Below are positions 62,581 through 64,000 of a stretch of DNA of 64,000 nt, in pieces; within the stretch, counting starts at the first letter, position 1, and each line of letters opens with the position of its first letter. The stretch lies in contig NC_068990.1 of assembly GCF_001194135.2 (NCBI RefSeq), positions 44,571,484 to 44,635,483 of the forward strand, written 5' to 3'. Under the pieces are notes generated by a model. The model was not told the origin of the DNA, did not search any database, and saw only the letters and a list, made by a program, of their open reading frames with translations. A program made the translations under genes and the position numbers. Source of the stretch: Octopus bimaculoides. Its lineage: Eukaryota.

Positions 62581-63012
62581 GTTGACAATCAATCATCTTC
62601 TCCGTTTATGGTTACCTCATACTGTATGTCTGCAGATGGCAAACAACTGAACACCTTCATCTATTTATTATATATATTTATTATTTTTCTATTTTATTGT
62701 CTCTCCCTTACTCTCTTACAATCATTCTGCTTTTCCCCACACCTACCCACACCACTTTCTCTCTCTCCCTCTCTCTCGCTCTTTCGGTTTCTCTCATTTT
62801 CTTCTCAATTTTCTCTCTTCACAATATTTTCGTCTTTACTCTCAGTTTTCATTTACACTTCAGTTTTTTTTTGCTTGTTTTGTTTTTTGGACTTACTTTT
62901 TTTCTCTTCAAATTGTTACTTTAATTCTGTCTTTTCTCTTAAGAAATAGACTAGCGGGCGGAAATAGCGAAAGTATATTTACTTTAGTTATTAGGATTGC
63001 TATTATTGCAAC

Positions 63013-63063
<51 letters not shown>

Positions 63064-63794
63064 TGGTATTTTTTATTTTGTCCTCTAAAAACATTTCGTT
63101 CCAGCAGCGTGTGGTTTATAAAGTAATTCTAAATATTATTGTAATTCAAAACAGATCCTTTCTAGGAGTAGCAACTTTATATACATAACTCCAAAAATTT
63201 CCTCCACACCCACACCTACATCCACCAGCAGTTTTAATGAAACTATCTATATGGAGCTATGTTCCACCGTATCATGAAACTTCCGCCACATACAGCTGTG
63301 TCTTTCCGTTACAATCCGTTAGTCTGCTGTAATTCACTGTACTTCATCACATGATGCTGTAGTCCGTCGTAACTCAACATATATCGTAATATATTGATAT
63401 ATCCTGACGCATTTCGTAATATCCCGTCAGATTCCGTCATCCTTTACTGCTACGCGCTTCTAGATCTCGTCTTCTAGATTTCATCATATTTAGACATGTC
63501 AGCGAATTTACCTATAATCACCCAATCTATATCTATAAGTTGTCCAACCCGCGCCCTCATGATATTTTTCTTCATATTTTGCTATATGTTGCCGCATATC
63601 TATATATTCTGCCATGTTTTGCAACATTCTACCAAATATTCGTCGTATTACACAATATCAGTCATTATGATAATGTTCTTAAATGATAGAATTTCTGCGC
63701 TAGAGTTTCACAATTAATTTACAGTTCTCTGTATTGTTATACTCTGAGGATATTTTCCATTATGTGTGTGTGTGTGTGTATGTGCGCGCGCGCG

Positions 63795-63992
63795 CGATGG
63801 ATGCTGAAATGTTCCTTGTTTAAAGTGTATAACAAACGTTTCTAGTTCATGTACAGAGCTTAGAACTAAAGAACGACTGCAATAAGTGAATAAGTGTGTG
63901 CATCTAAGAGGGGAATGTTAAATAAAATCATAACTAACTGATCCTCCTCTAACTTCTGTTACGCAAAGTCAGGAACTTTCCAGCACCCCTCG
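63795..63992. mobile_element. Mariner-derived MITE (~200 bp)
   Basis: Left cgatggatgctgaaatgttcct versus the reverse complement of the right end cgaggggtgctggaaagttcct; the TIR type resembles 49269-50526. Confidence 0.7.
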
Positions 63993-64000
63993 TGTGTATA

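Noticed and set aside
63400-63440. Minus-strand CTGACGG...GAAATGCGTC hammerhead-like motif
   Set aside because: A9 is altered, stem II is poor and stem I does not pair; better explained as a simple CTGACG/CGTCAG hairpin.

Overview
Repeat-dominated eukaryotic DNA from a gapped short-read assembly; nearly every N-gap is flanked by a microsatellite. The SINE families resemble octopod cephalopod tRNA-derived SINEs, so the source is probably Octopus (recognition from memory, not a search). No host protein-coding gene is supportable: the long ORFs in the track are microsatellite/N-gap artefacts or transposon remnants. DNA transposons: several decayed mariner (DD34D) elements, two maT (DD37D) copies, a Tigger/pogo fossil, a hAT element with a perfect 8-bp TSD and a Helentron/HINE-like 3' end. 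Retroelements: RTE, CR1 and L1/Tx1 fragments, several SINE families, and at least a dozen pieces of R4/Dong-like restriction-endonuclease LINEs. One of these is a near full-length 3.9-kb copy, and eight copies end at (TAA)n tracts in the same polarity. The most notable unannotated signal is four mutually unrelated minimal type I hammerhead-ribozyme motifs (~692-760 +, ~4395-4454 +, ~6473-6576 +, ~17337-17386 -). One has an intact catalytic core, and two sit in small units where an inverted copy of the post-cleavage tail lies upstream, the architecture expected for truncated Penelope-like pseudo-LTRs.
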